Assembly (NCBI GenBank): GCA_965113315.1
Contig: OZ220371.1
Length of the DNA stretch: 64,000 nucleotides
Reading direction: 5' to 3' (one strand)
Source: Podarcis vaucheri
Taxonomy: Eukaryota
Position numbers and translations under genes: made by a program. This document shows, piece by piece, positions 63,285 through 64,000 of the stretch. Positions within the stretch are counted from its first letter, which is position 1. Every line of letters starts with the position of its first letter. The notes beneath the pieces are model-generated. The model was not told the DNA's origin. It ran no database searches and was given only the letters and a program-made list of their open reading frames with translations.

Positions 63285-64000
63285 CTGGCAGCGGGACTTT
63301 GATTTTTTCCATCATTCCTTCCTGTTGAATGTCGTGGCCCAAGAAGAAAGGAATATACGGTACACTGGCTGTGCAGGAAAGGTTTGGCTTCTTGGATCAT
63401 GGTTGCCACTTCCTTGAGGAAAGACTTCTGGCAAGAGATGGATTGCACCGCACAGTGGTTGGCAAGAGTATGTTTGCTAAGAGTCTCGTGAACCTGTCCA
63501 GGAGACTTTTAAACTAAATCCTGAGAGGGAGGGAGACAGTATTACAGAAGACAGGGAAACACCTGATACTGGAGGTAATAGCTTCATTGCTGCACATGAG
63601 GTAGCAATGTTAAAAGGCAAGAAGCTACAAGAAGGAAGCAACTGGAAGGAATGACTCATGGTTTCAGTTATCTCTATACCAATGCACAGTGTATGGGAAA
63701 CAAACAAGACAACTCTTAATACAGGATGGCAAATATGATGTAACAGGCATTCCTGAAACCTGGTAGGATGAGACTTATGACACAAATGTAGAAAGTGAGG
63801 GGTATAACCTATTCAAAAGGAATAGACCAAACAGGAAAGGAGTAGTAGCAGCATTATAGGTAAAGGATATGTACACTTGTGAAGAGATTCATGGTGTGGA
63901 ACATGGAAGGCAGATTGAGAGTATATGCGTAAAAATTGTAGGAGAGGGAAACAACAGTGACCTTACTGTGGGTGTCTGCTAGAGACCTTCAAGCCTGACT
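63285..64000 (+). mobile_element. CR1 LINE ORF1 (SGNH esterase-like) C-terminus and ORF2 endonuclease N-terminus, degenerate; runs off the window
   Basis: FGFLDHG...LLARDGLH...GKSMFAKSLVNL...LN*; then LYTNAQCMGNKQ, GIPETW, EGYNLFKRNRPNRKG and LTVGVC*RP. Confidence 0.9.

Overview
Vertebrate genomic DNA, most likely a lacertid lizard (Sauria/Squam1 SINEs, Squam3-like SINEs with CTT/CTC tails, squamate CR1, L2 and L1 fragments, many hAT and pogo/Tigger MITEs). The window is largely non-coding and TE-rich. One CpG island (~15.0-16.6 kb) holds a probable first coding exon on the minus strand (MEPGDPRGGGVAAAEAAPQ, strong Kozak, CAG|GTAGGG donor). I could not name the gene or link further exons, so intron 1 may run past the left edge. 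I see no intact multi-exon gene, RNA gene, CRISPR array or autonomous transposon, and nearly all listed ORFs are chance or TE-derived. I cannot support a new functional biological system here. The best second-look items are: (1) two Squam3-like SINEs 16 kb apart that share a non-SINE 5' leader and diagnostic substitutions; (2) a 2-kb hAT composite with a perfect 8-bp TSD, two right ends, a hairpin minisatellite and a nested pogo-like element; (3) a TGCATG cluster and a CpG-enriched old SINE in the CpG island. Family names come from pattern recall, not database searches, and boundaries without a TSD are approximate.
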